From positions 68,944 to 132,943 of the forward strand of contig JAQUSN010000002.1 of NCBI GenBank assembly GCA_028715115.1: a stretch of DNA of 64,000 bases, written 5' to 3'. This DNA is from Patescibacteria group bacterium. Its GTDB lineage: Bacteria > Patescibacteriota > Patescibacteriia > UBA2591 > UBA4787. Of this stretch, positions 26,278 to 37,175 are shown in pieces. How positions within the stretch are numbered: position 1 is the stretch's first letter; every line of letters begins with the position of its first letter. The position numbers were made by a program, and so were the translations under genes. The notes beneath the pieces were generated by a model that was given only the letters and a program-made list of their open reading frames with translations, did no database searches and was not told where the DNA came from.

Positions 26278-29200
26278 ATGCAACTTAAAAAGAATTTTCA
26301 ATTTAAAATAATTACCGGAGCAGTTTTACTGACCATATTTTGTTCAATATTCACTCCGGTTTTGTTTTATCCTCAAGTTGCCAAGGCTCAATGGGTGGTG
26401 ACAAATCCGCATGATTTTGTGAAAGACATTTTAGAAAAAATCGGCGAAGCGTTAAAAACTGCCGGCTATGTTGCTTATCGAAATTCTTTGAATTTAGTTT
26501 TAGGTCAGATGGCGCAACAAAGCGCTGAGTACTTAGCTACTGGTACTCCGGGGCAGAAGCCGATGTTTTTAAGCAGCTCTAAGTATTGGCTTGATCTTGG
26601 CGATAGCGTATTAGGAGATTTCATCGATACTACGGCCAAGTCGGGCGGTTTCCTTAATCAGAGCTTGTGTGACCCGATTGACCCGACCATTCGTTTTCAA
26701 ATGCTAGTTTCTCTTGATCCAAAATATCAAAAAATGACCTGGAATTCTGAAGCCCGCTGTTCTTTGTCACAAATAGCCGAACGAGCCAGAGAAATGGGAA
26801 AACAAAAATTAATTGATTTTGATGTTAATCTTACCGAAGGCCCGGTCGGCGGTTATAAATCAGATTTAGGGACTATAATTTTAGGCGATGGTCAGTTATC
26901 GCCCACTCAAAAAAAATTACTCTATGGCACCGTTGATAATAAAGGCAATTTTACTTATAAAGGAGTTATTGGCAATTTAATCGACATTCAAGATGAATTC
27001 AGCGCGTTTATTAAAGCAGAAGTTAATAACCAAGTTACCCCGGGCGCAGATATAATTAAAATGACCATAGAGCGGCTTAGTTCCAAGCTAGACGCTGATA
27101 TTTTACATGAGAGTGGGCCAACGGGAGCAAAATGGTGGCACAATTATGCCGTAACTTGTTTAGGCTATGATAAAAAAGAAAATTATTGCAGCGATGTTAA
27201 TTGCGTAACCTATTTTTGTGACACCACTCAGAGCGGTTGTTCTAATAATTTTGAACAGTGTACGCTCCGAACCCAAAGAGTTAATGATTACGCAAAAAAA
27301 ATCATTGACTGGGCTATGAGTTTAAAACAGATGATGAACGAGATTAATCCTGATGATTTTCAGCCTCCCGCTGCAGCCAGTCTTGAGGATTTAAGCAAAA
27401 TGTTTAATCCGGAAGGCAGTTCCGTTGGAGTCGCTTTGAGTTTAAACAGTAGTTTATTTGATAAACAGACTACCGCAGTAGAAAATTCTAAATTTTGGCA
27501 ATTGCTTCAAGGAAGAATTAACGACGTGACTAGCGCTATCTCCGGTTTAACAAAAACTCCATCAACCTTGGTCAGTGAAACTGCTCGCCAGTCGGTCGTC
27601 GAAGGAACGGCCAGTATTAAAACTGTGACTGGCGTAGCGCTAGCTGACGCGGTTGGCGTTTTTACTAACACCTTGATCAATAAAATGATCAAGAACGTAA
27701 TTTACGGCACCGGTCTTAATCCAGAGCTTAACCCAGATCTTAGTAATAATTTGACTGGCGGTGGTTTTTCTGCGCCAGGGCAGAAAGAAGCCAGGGCGAT
27801 GTTCTCAGATTTATCGACCGTTGTTTTAAAAAGGGGAGACAAATTAGATATTTTATCTGAGTTAAGCGCTTGTCCGACAGATAGTAAATATGCCTTGCCG
27901 AATAATTGCACCATTGATTCCGGATTGGTTCGCGCCGCCGAAGCATCAATGACGATTAAGGATGCCATTGATCAGGGATTTTTGCATGGCGATTGGGTAG
28001 TTGGCGGATATAACGTTAAAGATACGAATCGAGATTATGCAACTCGCTATAGCTTGAATAACATCAAAAAAATGCGTCGCAACAGAATCATGCCAGTAGG
28101 TTTAGAAATTGCCGCGCAGAAAATTAATCGAGGCGAATTAGAAGACGCGAAAATAACTCTGTCGCGAATAGTTAATGAATTTAACAAGGTTAATGATAGC
28201 GGAAATTGTGACGGCGGCACTGCTTCGCCGTTTTGTCATCTAGTTGATCCCAATTGGGTCGTTAAGGCTCCGGAAATGAAATGTAAAACAGTTGCTTATT
28301 CAGCTATACCAATGGCCAACAGTAACCAGCGCCAAGAGATTTGTATTGATATGCAAGATTGCATCCACGAAAACGATCGGGGAGAATGTGATACCTATGC
28401 TTACTGTACAAAAGAAAAAAACATTTGGCGGATGGGTGGAGATATTTGTGAATCCCAAAATGCCACCTGCCAAACTTATACCCGCGTTAGAGATGGCCAA
28501 CAATTTTCTTATTTAAATAATACCTTAGACTTTAGCGGTTGCGATCAAAATAATGCTGGTTGCAAATGGTATTGCGATCGTTTTACTAAAGGCCTAGCGG
28601 CCAACGGTGAAAATACTTGGGCTTGTAAAGAGCCGGGAATTTCTTTGAGAAAAGTCGGTACACAGTGGACCGATGATAGCGATCCGTCAAATCATCTTTT
28701 CTTTAATAACAAGGTTTCGCTCTGCAGCTCTACGGCTGAAGGTTGTTCTCAGTTTATTCGTTTAAGTAATAATTCGGGTGTAAATATTTTAGCTAATGGC
28801 AGCTTTGAAATTTATCCAAGCACACAAACTTTTCCTGCCACCACCGTTGACGGCTGGATGGCTAAAACAAATAGCGGCACCTTACATAGTCAATTTATAA
28901 ACGATGGTGGTTTAGCTCGAACCGGAAATATTGTAGCCGGTATTGATTCGGCTCGCGACGATTGGGGCGGAGTGAAACTAGCGGTCGGATCAAACTTAGC
29001 AAGCTTTTTAGTCGACAATAATTCATATTTGATTTCGATTTGGGTCAACAACAAAGACCTTAACCGATCGCACAACATTCATCTTTTTGTTAGCACTAAC
29101 AGCGGTTGGAAGAGTTTATATAATAAAATCATTCCTAGAAATTCTGGTTGGCAAAGATTGATTTATCCTTTTGTTTATCGCGTTGGCGATGGTTATAATT

Positions 29201-32200
29201 TTAATAATTTAAGCTGGGAGGTTGCAAACGACACTGGCGCTCAGGGCCTTGTTTATTTTGACGATCTTCAATTGGAACCAGGCACGAGCGTTTCTTCTTA
29301 TAAAGATTATGGCGCTGTAAATCAAAGTTATTTTAAAAAAGCGCCAGACTTCATGAAGTGTTATAATCGTTATAGCGACGGCACCCTTAATACTTCTGAC
29401 GACGATTTGAATTGTTCAAATTATGTTTTGGCTTGCAAAAAAAATGAAGCTGGCTGTGAAATGTATCGGCCGATTAATGGAGATCCGTCTTTACCAGCCG
29501 TGGCTCGTGACGCTGATCGTTGTCCGGCAGAATGTTCTGGTTATCAAATTTTTAAGGAATCGGCGACTAACTTCTCAAGCGGCGTCTTAGCGGTTAATTT
29601 AATTCCTTCAACTGCCCGAACTTGTGTGGCCAATGAAACAGGCTGTGAAGAGTTTACCAATTTAGATCAGTTTTCGCAGGGCGGCGAGGGTAAGGAATAT
29701 TACAATTCAATTCGACCCTGTCGCAAGCCAGATGATGGTTGTTCATATTTTTACACTTGGGTTGGATCTGACACCAGTGGTTATCAATTAAAGCGTTATT
29801 ATTTGCAGAAGAGAGGTGTTATTAAACAAGGAGAAGCAGGTTTAGGCCCGGATGAATTTTTATCAGACTTTGATGCATTAAAATTATGGGGTGAGTGCAA
29901 TAGTGAAGATGATATTTTTTCTAATCCACGCTGCAAACAATTCTTTGATAATAGTGGCAACAGTTATTTGCGACTTTATGAAAATACAATTTCTTGCTCC
30001 AACGATTGCCATCCACTCCGAAAAACAACAGCTGTAACGCAAGAATTTTGTCAGACCACTACGCAGTCGGGAGTGACCATTCCTGGCATGAGTTATAGCA
30101 ACGGCATTTGTACTTATATGGCCATTCCTTCCGAGGGTACGACTTGCAATAGAGTTAATGTTGGTTGTCGTGAATATAAGGGCAACGCTGCGGAAAATAT
30201 TCGGCAAATTTTCTTAGAAGATTTTGAAAGCGGTGTTGGCGATTGGAAGGTGGCGCCGCAAAACGCTCTTATTCGCTCCAGCACAGACTCTATTTATGCC
30301 GGCGGTCATTCGGCGCAGGTTATAAATTCGAATAAAGTTGCAACAACTATTTCAAAAGACGTATCTAATGAGATTACTGTGGGCAAAGAATATCAATTGT
30401 CTTTATGGGTTAAGGGCATCACCGGCGATATTTCTTTTGGCATTACTGGTAATCAGGTTTCGTCTCCGATAAATGTGGGAGATGTAAATGATTGGCGATT
30501 GATAACCTTCAGCCCTTATTATATTTCTACATTGCCAACAGGAACTATTGAAATAGCAATTCAGGCAACACCCAACTTAAGATCTGATGTGGCACCCGTT
30601 ACTTACAGTTTTGTCATTGATAATATTTTACTTAAAGAAGCGCAGAGCAGTCTTTATTTGATAAAAGATTCTTGGACTACGCCGCAAGTTTGCGACAAAA
30701 ACGAACAGGGTCAAAATATGCCAGGGTTTATGATCGGTTGCGCGGCCTATAAAGATACCGAGAACGCCGATAATTATTTTAAAACATTTAGTTATTTGTG
30801 TTCGGAAAAATCAGTCGGCTGCGAGGCCATGATCGAAACCCATAATTCTTCAAATCCTTTTGCCCAGAGCTTTAATGATGATAAGTATACGGTTCCGGCC
30901 GACAGTATTGAATATTTAATTAATGATGGCAAAAAAACTTGCGCGGCCGCAGACAAGGGGTGTGAACGTTTTGGTTTGCCAAGTTTGTCGGCATCTAATC
31001 AGGGCGGACAAATTACTTATAAAGTTACTGGCTGGACTGATAAATATTTAAAAAACGACCCAGATCTTTACACACAAAAACCGATTTTATGTTCTGATAA
31101 TGGTATGGCTTGCGAAGAATTTATGGCTAAAGGATCTAATACGTCGGTTTATTTTAAAGATCCGGGCGATAAGGCTTGTGAATACAAGGCTAAAATTTCC
31201 GAAACAGATGAATATGGCTGGTATAAACAGGGTACCAATGAACCGTGTTATTCAGATTCGCCGGTTAATGGATTCTATAAAATAAAAAAGACAACCGACA
31301 ACAACTATCTGGGCTTTGCCGGACTTTGTCCGAGCAGTCAATCTAGTTGTACGAAATTTACCGATCCCCTAGATAACAAATCTTATTATTATTTAAATAA
31401 CAGCAAATTAGATAAATCTTCTTGCCAAGGTGTTAGCCAAAAAGAAGGGTGTATTTTAATTAACGATACCAATCAATCAGCTAAGACTTATAGCAGCAAG
31501 GCTACTTATAATAAAAGCAAAGATAAGCAATATGCGGCCGTTGGACCGATTAATTGCGAAGTTCAAGCTGATTGTTCTAATCCCGAAAACTTAGAAACAG
31601 ATTTTTGTAAATATTGTAAAATTTGCGTTAACGGCACCAATACGGGCGGTTCTTGTTTAAATGATGGTGGTTGTCCGGGTGGATTTTGTCAGCAAATACT
31701 TAATAATGATTCTAACACAATCGTAAAGGTTCAGCGCGATAGGACTTGTGGCGAATGGTTAAGCTGTGCTGGTGGGCAGATGGTTTGGGATAAGTCGGCT
31801 AATGAATATAAAAATCAATGTACCAGTCTAATTCGTTGTCAGGGTTTGGTCGGTTCGGGCGATGAGGAGCGCTGTAGTAATTTTATTCTTGATACGCCGC
31901 AACAATTAACAGAATCTCTTTATAAGAGTCGAAATGTTTCTTGGGCTGATATGGATTATTCGGGTTATTCTTTGTACGAATTTTATCCAGTTGATACTTT
32001 AACTCCTTATAATTATGGTACGTCGGATCAACCTGACTATAAGTTAACCTATAAGGACAACATTCAAGATCATGGTGTTAATAATTTAACCTGTTCATCA
32101 ACGCAATCATGTCCGACAGGAATGGATTGTCAGACCGGACATTGTGTCATTCCTAAAACTTGCCAGGCCTATCCAGAACAAGATTCGCCATTTATTTCAG

Positions 32201-34293
32201 CCAATCAGATCGGTGATTATTATTCAAAAGTTAATTTCTGTGAAGATGCCAACGGAGATGGTTGCCAATGTTTTTATCAAAAAGCAGAATATGGTAATAA
32301 GTTAGCTACTAAATATTTTAATCTAGATACCGACTTAACCGCTAAAAAGGTCTGTACTCAGGGTGATCCTGGTATGTTGGGGAAATTATGCGATAATCTT
32401 GATAAATGTGGGCCAGACCCGGAAGATGGACAGCCAGATGTGCGCCGTTGTGAAGAACCATCTAATATTATTAAAAATTACGGTCAAAGAGACTTTTGCT
32501 TGGAGCCTGATTTAACTAAATTAGACAAGGTTAATGCATGTTTAACCTGGTGGCCGGCTAATGGCAGTATTGGTGATTCGGACATTAATAATATGTTCCA
32601 AAGCGCGGGTTATTTCCCGAGTACAAGCCGACAATGGTATTGTGTGGGGAATACGACTACACCGTCTTCTTTAAGTGGCGTTGGTTTTTTCCCAGATCAA
32701 CAAGACGCCGTAAATACTTGCGGGCATGGTTATATTAACAGAAATCCATATTATTATTCACGAAACCCGGATCAATACAAAGGATTTAAGCTAACTTCAG
32801 GAAGCTATACATGGACGTGGCCCGTTACAAATAATCAAAGTTTTGGCAGTCAAGCTTTCACCTATTGGCACACCGGCATACAAAATATTACTTTAGGAAT
32901 GATAAGCGGTGTTTCAGCAACTGTTTGCGGTGATTTTGGTGGTACAAATACTAAATGCGGCGCTTGCGGCGATATTGGTGGTGGTTCTGGGGGAGTCAAA
33001 CCTCTTACTTGGGATAGCGTAAGTAATTGTTTCGTTTATCAACAAGCTGCTAGACCTCAAGACAGTACTCCATCGGGAGCTACGCCAGAAGAGTTTATTT
33101 TTAAGGTTTGTTTTAATGGTAGTTCGGTTGATTCTAGATTAATTAAGGCAGAATTAAATTTGAATAATGCTGGTAATACTTTTGGCGATGCCCTTTGGGG
33201 ATTGATTGAAGATGTAGGGTTTGATTTTAAAAGCGGATGTTCAACCATTGCCAGAATAGCAAGTAATGGCGATACCAAAGCCTATACCAATAAGATAAAT
33301 AGCATGGATGAAAATAAAAATTATACCGGACAAGGGGTAGACAATAAAACAGACGTTAATCAATGTAAGCCTTGGGGCGCAGTAAACTATAATTCGGATA
33401 AAACTAATTTTATTAATACTAATACTGCCGGCACTTGCTGGATGCAACAGGTAGCAAGTGATTCGATTTATTCTAACCGCGATGTTCTAGAGAATAATTT
33501 ATTTGCTAAAAGTTTCGAGATATATACTTATGACAGAAATACTTTTAGCTATGTATCTTCTTCGGGAGATGATCGGACGGATATTAATTCTAATTCTACT
33601 AAGGCGCCGAAAGTTGCCGCGGTTTGTTTTAATCAGCAAAATGGCTCTTCGTCAATTTGTCGCGATGGCAACAACAACCCCATTGCCGGTTTAACAATTG
33701 GTAATACTTATAATCTGAATATTGTTCGAGAACAAGCTTATTATGCGGCGATAAAATTTTATGCTTGGGCTGACGCAAATCAAATGCCAGTTCGCGAAAT
33801 AGCTATAGATTGGACCGGTGGGAGTAGGCCCTCTATCTTTGACAACAACAGCATTATTGCTAAAAATCATAAAGATGCTTGTCCAACAAAATGTATGCGA
33901 GATGGTTTTTGTAGGGACAAAAATAATAATAAAGTTAGTTGTGATAGTATTGATGCGATAGTTTGCAATAATATTAATGATTGTCCTGCTGGTGGTGTGG
34001 GGCAAGGGCCTGCGACTTGCGAAATAACTAATTTTGGAGATTCATATGATGCTTGCGCGACTCAATTTTGGCAGTTTAATCATCTTTATATTTGTACCAA
34101 AGATAGTGATTATTATGATCCGCAACGAGGGGCCTGCATTTTTAAGCCCAGGGTTTTCGTAAGAGACAATTGGGGTTGGTGTAGTGGTGGAGTTTATGTC
34201 GGGAACACTCCTTGTACTAGTACTCCTGGAATATCTTTTGCCAAAGAAATAATAATTTATCCACCTAGCACTAGCGGTCAGCAACAAGAGTAA
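26278..34293 (+). CDS. giant (2671 aa) secreted Cys-rich surface protein with two CBM-like beta-sandwich modules; putative adhesin of the downstream T4SS-like system
   Basis: Single uninterrupted ORF with an N-terminal signal/TM. Recurrent G-C-E/R-x-F/Y Cys-rich repeats. Two galactose-binding-like modules (about 28800..29280 and 30210..30650). Stop is 3 nt before the VirB6-like gene. Confidence 0.6.
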   Translation: MQLKKNFQFKIITGAVLLTIFCSIFTPVLFYPQVAKAQWVVTNPHDFVKDILEKIGEALKTAGYVAYRNSLNLVLGQMAQQSAEYLATGTPGQKPMFLSSSKYWLDLGDSVLGDFIDTTAKSGGFLNQSLCDPIDPTIRFQMLVSLDPKYQKMTWNSEARCSLSQIAERAREMGKQKLIDFDVNLTEGPVGGYKSDLGTIILGDGQLSPTQKKLLYGTVDNKGNFTYKGVIGNLIDIQDEFSAFIKAEVNNQVTPGADIIKMTIERLSSKLDADILHESGPTGAKWWHNYAVTCLGYDKKENYCSDVNCVTYFCDTTQSGCSNNFEQCTLRTQRVNDYAKKIIDWAMSLKQMMNEINPDDFQPPAAASLEDLSKMFNPEGSSVGVALSLNSSLFDKQTTAVENSKFWQLLQGRINDVTSAISGLTKTPSTLVSETARQSVVEGTASIKTVTGVALADAVGVFTNTLINKMIKNVIYGTGLNPELNPDLSNNLTGGGFSAPGQKEARAMFSDLSTVVLKRGDKLDILSELSACPTDSKYALPNNCTIDSGLVRAAEASMTIKDAIDQGFLHGDWVVGGYNVKDTNRDYATRYSLNNIKKMRRNRIMPVGLEIAAQKINRGELEDAKITLSRIVNEFNKVNDSGNCDGGTASPFCHLVDPNWVVKAPEMKCKTVAYSAIPMANSNQRQEICIDMQDCIHENDRGECDTYAYCTKEKNIWRMGGDICESQNATCQTYTRVRDGQQFSYLNNTLDFSGCDQNNAGCKWYCDRFTKGLAANGENTWACKEPGISLRKVGTQWTDDSDPSNHLFFNNKVSLCSSTAEGCSQFIRLSNNSGVNILANGSFEIYPSTQTFPATTVDGWMAKTNSGTLHSQFINDGGLARTGNIVAGIDSARDDWGGVKLAVGSNLASFLVDNNSYLISIWVNNKDLNRSHNIHLFVSTNSGWKSLYNKIIPRNSGWQRLIYPFVYRVGDGYNFNNLSWEVANDTGAQGLVYFDDLQLEPGTSVSSYKDYGAVNQSYFKKAPDFMKCYNRYSDGTLNTSDDDLNCSNYVLACKKNEAGCEMYRPINGDPSLPAVARDADRCPAECSGYQIFKESATNFSSGVLAVNLIPSTARTCVANETGCEEFTNLDQFSQGGEGKEYYNSIRPCRKPDDGCSYFYTWVGSDTSGYQLKRYYLQKRGVIKQGEAGLGPDEFLSDFDALKLWGECNSEDDIFSNPRCKQFFDNSGNSYLRLYENTISCSNDCHPLRKTTAVTQEFCQTTTQSGVTIPGMSYSNGICTYMAIPSEGTTCNRVNVGCREYKGNAAENIRQIFLEDFESGVGDWKVAPQNALIRSSTDSIYAGGHSAQVINSNKVATTISKDVSNEITVGKEYQLSLWVKGITGDISFGITGNQVSSPINVGDVNDWRLITFSPYYISTLPTGTIEIAIQATPNLRSDVAPVTYSFVIDNILLKEAQSSLYLIKDSWTTPQVCDKNEQGQNMPGFMIGCAAYKDTENADNYFKTFSYLCSEKSVGCEAMIETHNSSNPFAQSFNDDKYTVPADSIEYLINDGKKTCAAADKGCERFGLPSLSASNQGGQITYKVTGWTDKYLKNDPDLYTQKPILCSDNGMACEEFMAKGSNTSVYFKDPGDKACEYKAKISETDEYGWYKQGTNEPCYSDSPVNGFYKIKKTTDNNYLGFAGLCPSSQSSCTKFTDPLDNKSYYYLNNSKLDKSSCQGVSQKEGCILINDTNQSAKTYSSKATYNKSKDKQYAAVGPINCEVQADCSNPENLETDFCKYCKICVNGTNTGGSCLNDGGCPGGFCQQILNNDSNTIVKVQRDRTCGEWLSCAGGQMVWDKSANEYKNQCTSLIRCQGLVGSGDEERCSNFILDTPQQLTESLYKSRNVSWADMDYSGYSLYEFYPVDTLTPYNYGTSDQPDYKLTYKDNIQDHGVNNLTCSSTQSCPTGMDCQTGHCVIPKTCQAYPEQDSPFISANQIGDYYSKVNFCEDANGDGCQCFYQKAEYGNKLATKYFNLDTDLTAKKVCTQGDPGMLGKLCDNLDKCGPDPEDGQPDVRRCEEPSNIIKNYGQRDFCLEPDLTKLDKVNACLTWWPANGSIGDSDINNMFQSAGYFPSTSRQWYCVGNTTTPSSLSGVGFFPDQQDAVNTCGHGYINRNPYYYSRNPDQYKGFKLTSGSYTWTWPVTNNQSFGSQAFTYWHTGIQNITLGMISGVSATVCGDFGGTNTKCGACGDIGGGSGGVKPLTWDSVSNCFVYQQAARPQDSTPSGATPEEFIFKVCFNGSSVDSRLIKAELNLNNAGNTFGDALWGLIEDVGFDFKSGCSTIARIASNGDTKAYTNKINSMDENKNYTGQGVDNKTDVNQCKPWGAVNYNSDKTNFINTNTAGTCWMQQVASDSIYSNRDVLENNLFAKSFEIYTYDRNTFSYVSSSGDDRTDINSNSTKAPKVAAVCFNQQNGSSSICRDGNNNPIAGLTIGNTYNLNIVREQAYYAAIKFYAWADANQMPVREIAIDWTGGSRPSIFDNNSIIAKNHKDACPTKCMRDGFCRDKNNNKVSCDSIDAIVCNNINDCPAGGVGQGPATCEITNFGDSYDACATQFWQFNHLYICTKDSDYYDPQRGACIFKPRVFVRDNWGWCSGGVYVGNTPCTSTPGISFAKEIIIYPPSTSGQQQE

Positions 34294-34296
34294 ATT

Positions 34297-37155
34297 ATGA
34301 AGTTTAACTGGATAAAAAAAATCAACTTCCGCAAAGGGCTGATAATTTTATTAGTTGCCGTTTTTGTTTTGTCCATTTTACCTCGCGTCATTAATGCAGC
34401 CGACTCCGCCGAGCCAGCCGATCAATCTTCAGTTAATAGTATAGAACATCTTTCTCTAACCGTTAGCGGATTGATAACTAGCGCAGTGGTAGCGGCAATT
34501 GGTAAATTAATGGTCGTGGTTATTCGAGTTTTGGTCAGCTTGGCTCAGTATAATGATTTTCTGAAGTCGCCAGTAGTTGATATAGGCTGGAGACTGATTC
34601 GTGATCTTTGCAACATGCTATTTATAGTAATTCTTTTGGTAATTGCTTTTGCGACAGTATTACAGAGAGAACAATATTCTTATAAAAGAATGTTGGGCGC
34701 GCTGGTTCTGGCGGCGGTGTTGGTTAATTTTTCGAAATTAATCTGCGGAGTTATTATTGATTTTTCGCAAGTAGTCATGTTGACCTTTGTCAACGCGATA
34801 AAAGACGCGGCCGAAGGCAACTTTGCCGAATTGATTGGTATTAAGCAGCTTCTTTCCATGACGGCAGATCCTAGTAAACCTTTGACTATAAATTCTTTTG
34901 AATTATCAGTTACTTATTTATTGGCTTTAATTTTTTCTATTGTCGGTTTAGTTATCTTTATTGTTGTTACGGTAATAGTTCTTTTAAGAATAATTATACT
35001 TTGGTTTTTGGTCATGCTTTCACCGGTTGCTTTTATCGCCACAATTTTGCCGCGAACTAATGCTTATGCAAGTCGATGGTGGGATAAGTTTACCAATCAA
35101 GTAATCGTGGGCCCGGTTTTAATGATTTTTATTTGGTTATCGCTATCTATTGTTCAACAAAGTATGAATGACGGAGGTATGTTAAACCATTTAAAGATGG
35201 GAAGTTCTTTACAAAAAACTACTGATTTATTAGGAAATGCCGTGGGCGTGAATAATAATGCAATAGCAGCGGGCGTGGCCGATATTGGTCAGGCGCCTAA
35301 TGTTTTAGGATTTATGGTCGGTATTGCTTTGTTGGTTGGATCGGTGGCTATGGCTCAAGAATTGTCTGCCGCTGGATCTGGTATGGCCATGAACGCGGTT
35401 AATAAAATGAAACAAATCGGCGCCGGCGCTGCGGCTATGCCAGGTAGGTTGGGCGGCAAGGCCTTAAAAGCCGTAGGTCAAAGCGCCGTGGAACGATTTG
35501 AGGCAAAAACGGGTATACCTATTCAACCTAAACACTACAGAGCTGCTTGGGAGAATCGTAAAAGAATAGTACGCGGTCAAAGAGCCGCTCAAATGATGGA
35601 GAAAATGGAGGGGCATCGATTCCTTCGTCCGCCAACGGAATTCGTTAATAATATGTTTTCTACAAAAGGATGGAAAGCTGGCGTTCAGAGAATGTTTGGA
35701 GTTGATGTAGTTAAAAGAAATCAAGCTGCTGAGCTTAATAGACAGCTTGAAGAGCAAAGAGCTAAAATAAACGGAAGATTTACCAGCGATGAAATCGCTA
35801 AGAGCATTACTCAATTAGGAGGCGAGACAGGAGAAGAAGGAGAAATAGGCATGTTAGCAAGAGAACTAGAAGTCTATAAGAGTAAGTTAACCGAAGAAGA
35901 CCGAACTAAATTAGCAAAGGGAGAAAAAATAGAGGAGAAAAAACAGGCTAAAATTGATCAATTGACAGATTTAATTGATTTAAAACGAGCCCGACTGGAG
36001 GAGTTTGAAAACTATAATAGCCAAGCATGGAGAGAACAAAAAGCAAAAGAAGCTGGGGAAGCCGGGGCACAACTTGAGGGAAAAAGAGCAGAACTAAAAG
36101 CCGCAGAAGCCGAGGAAAACCCAGATCAAGCAGATCAAGAAAAAATTAAACAATTAAGAAGAGAAATCGATACATTAGAAGCCCATAAACAGCAGCTTGA
36201 CTTAGAGGCAAATATTATTATAACTCCGGAGCAAAAAGAGCAGGTTTCGGCCGAATTAGCGAAAATAGGTAAGAAATTTGGCGTTAAGATTGACGAGGCA
36301 GACGAAAAGAATCTCCAAAAACAATTAAGAGATTTATCAACGAAAAGAGATAAATTGCGCGTTGAAGGAGAGGTTATTATGCCTACCAGCATGCCATATG
36401 AAGATCAGGCCACGATAAACGCCGCTATATCTCAAGAATCGAAAAATTTACAAGGCATAGAGGATGCTGATGAGTTAGTTACTTTATATCAGGTAGCCAA
36501 AGATAAAAAAGATTTAATTAAAATGAGAGCTATTATTTTGAAATTGACCGAAAATAGAGACTTAAATGAATTACTGGATAAATTGGGGCATGAACAAAAT
36601 TATAAGGGACTTCAAGAATTAATCGAAGAAGATTTTGTTAAGCATATTGGCGGTTCGGCACAAGCGCATTATTCTTTTGGAAACGACGTTACGATGTTGA
36701 ATAAACATGAGGCGGCCTTTGAATTTAGTGGCGCCTATATAAGGGGTACTAATGGAAAATTAAGGACTACTACCGACAAGGAACACAGAAACTTTGTTTT
36801 AATAGAATCAGGTAAGCGAGACAGAGAAACCTTGTTTCGTAAAGATTGGTGGGGGTGGTTAATAGGCAAGCGAGTTGATCCGAATACTGGCAAACGAGTC
36901 CCGATTTGGACTCAAACGATTGAGCAGATCGTTAGAAGGGATTTAGGTATGTTAAAAACAGAGATAGATAAGTCTAGGCTTAATTCCGAGTTAGAATCAT
37001 GTTTCTCCCATCCAGAATTTATAGCTCATTTTCAGGATTTGCAGCAACGGTTTGTTGAAGAGGGCAGAAAGGGCGCAGTTGAACAGATAAAGGGAGTTAT
37101 TAAACACTTGCAGATGAAACAAGGCCAATATTGGCCGACTATAGAAGAAAAATAA
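34297..37155 (+). CDS. VirB6/TrbL/PrgH-like polytopic membrane protein with long charged coiled-coil C-terminal domain
   Basis: Signal peptide (..RVINA/ADS). At least 6 TM helices in the first about 330 aa. About 600-aa E/K-rich C-terminal extension. Position immediately upstream of VirB3/VirB4-like genes. Confidence 0.5.
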   Translation: MKFNWIKKINFRKGLIILLVAVFVLSILPRVINAADSAEPADQSSVNSIEHLSLTVSGLITSAVVAAIGKLMVVVIRVLVSLAQYNDFLKSPVVDIGWRLIRDLCNMLFIVILLVIAFATVLQREQYSYKRMLGALVLAAVLVNFSKLICGVIIDFSQVVMLTFVNAIKDAAEGNFAELIGIKQLLSMTADPSKPLTINSFELSVTYLLALIFSIVGLVIFIVVTVIVLLRIIILWFLVMLSPVAFIATILPRTNAYASRWWDKFTNQVIVGPVLMIFIWLSLSIVQQSMNDGGMLNHLKMGSSLQKTTDLLGNAVGVNNNAIAAGVADIGQAPNVLGFMVGIALLVGSVAMAQELSAAGSGMAMNAVNKMKQIGAGAAAMPGRLGGKALKAVGQSAVERFEAKTGIPIQPKHYRAAWENRKRIVRGQRAAQMMEKMEGHRFLRPPTEFVNNMFSTKGWKAGVQRMFGVDVVKRNQAAELNRQLEEQRAKINGRFTSDEIAKSITQLGGETGEEGEIGMLARELEVYKSKLTEEDRTKLAKGEKIEEKKQAKIDQLTDLIDLKRARLEEFENYNSQAWREQKAKEAGEAGAQLEGKRAELKAAEAEENPDQADQEKIKQLRREIDTLEAHKQQLDLEANIIITPEQKEQVSAELAKIGKKFGVKIDEADEKNLQKQLRDLSTKRDKLRVEGEVIMPTSMPYEDQATINAAISQESKNLQGIEDADELVTLYQVAKDKKDLIKMRAIILKLTENRDLNELLDKLGHEQNYKGLQELIEEDFVKHIGGSAQAHYSFGNDVTMLNKHEAAFEFSGAYIRGTNGKLRTTTDKEHRNFVLIESGKRDRETLFRKDWWGWLIGKRVDPNTGKRVPIWTQTIEQIVRRDLGMLKTEIDKSRLNSELESCFSHPEFIAHFQDLQQRFVEEGRKGAVEQIKGVIKHLQMKQGQYWPTIEEK

Positions 37156-37175
37156 TTTCGTATTTTATATAAATC

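Noticed and set aside
27507-34287. Numerous antisense ORFs (60-110 aa) within the giant gene
   Set aside because: A long ORF with biased composition gives stop-free antisense stretches by chance. None has start or RBS context, and the sense frame is continuous for 8 kb.
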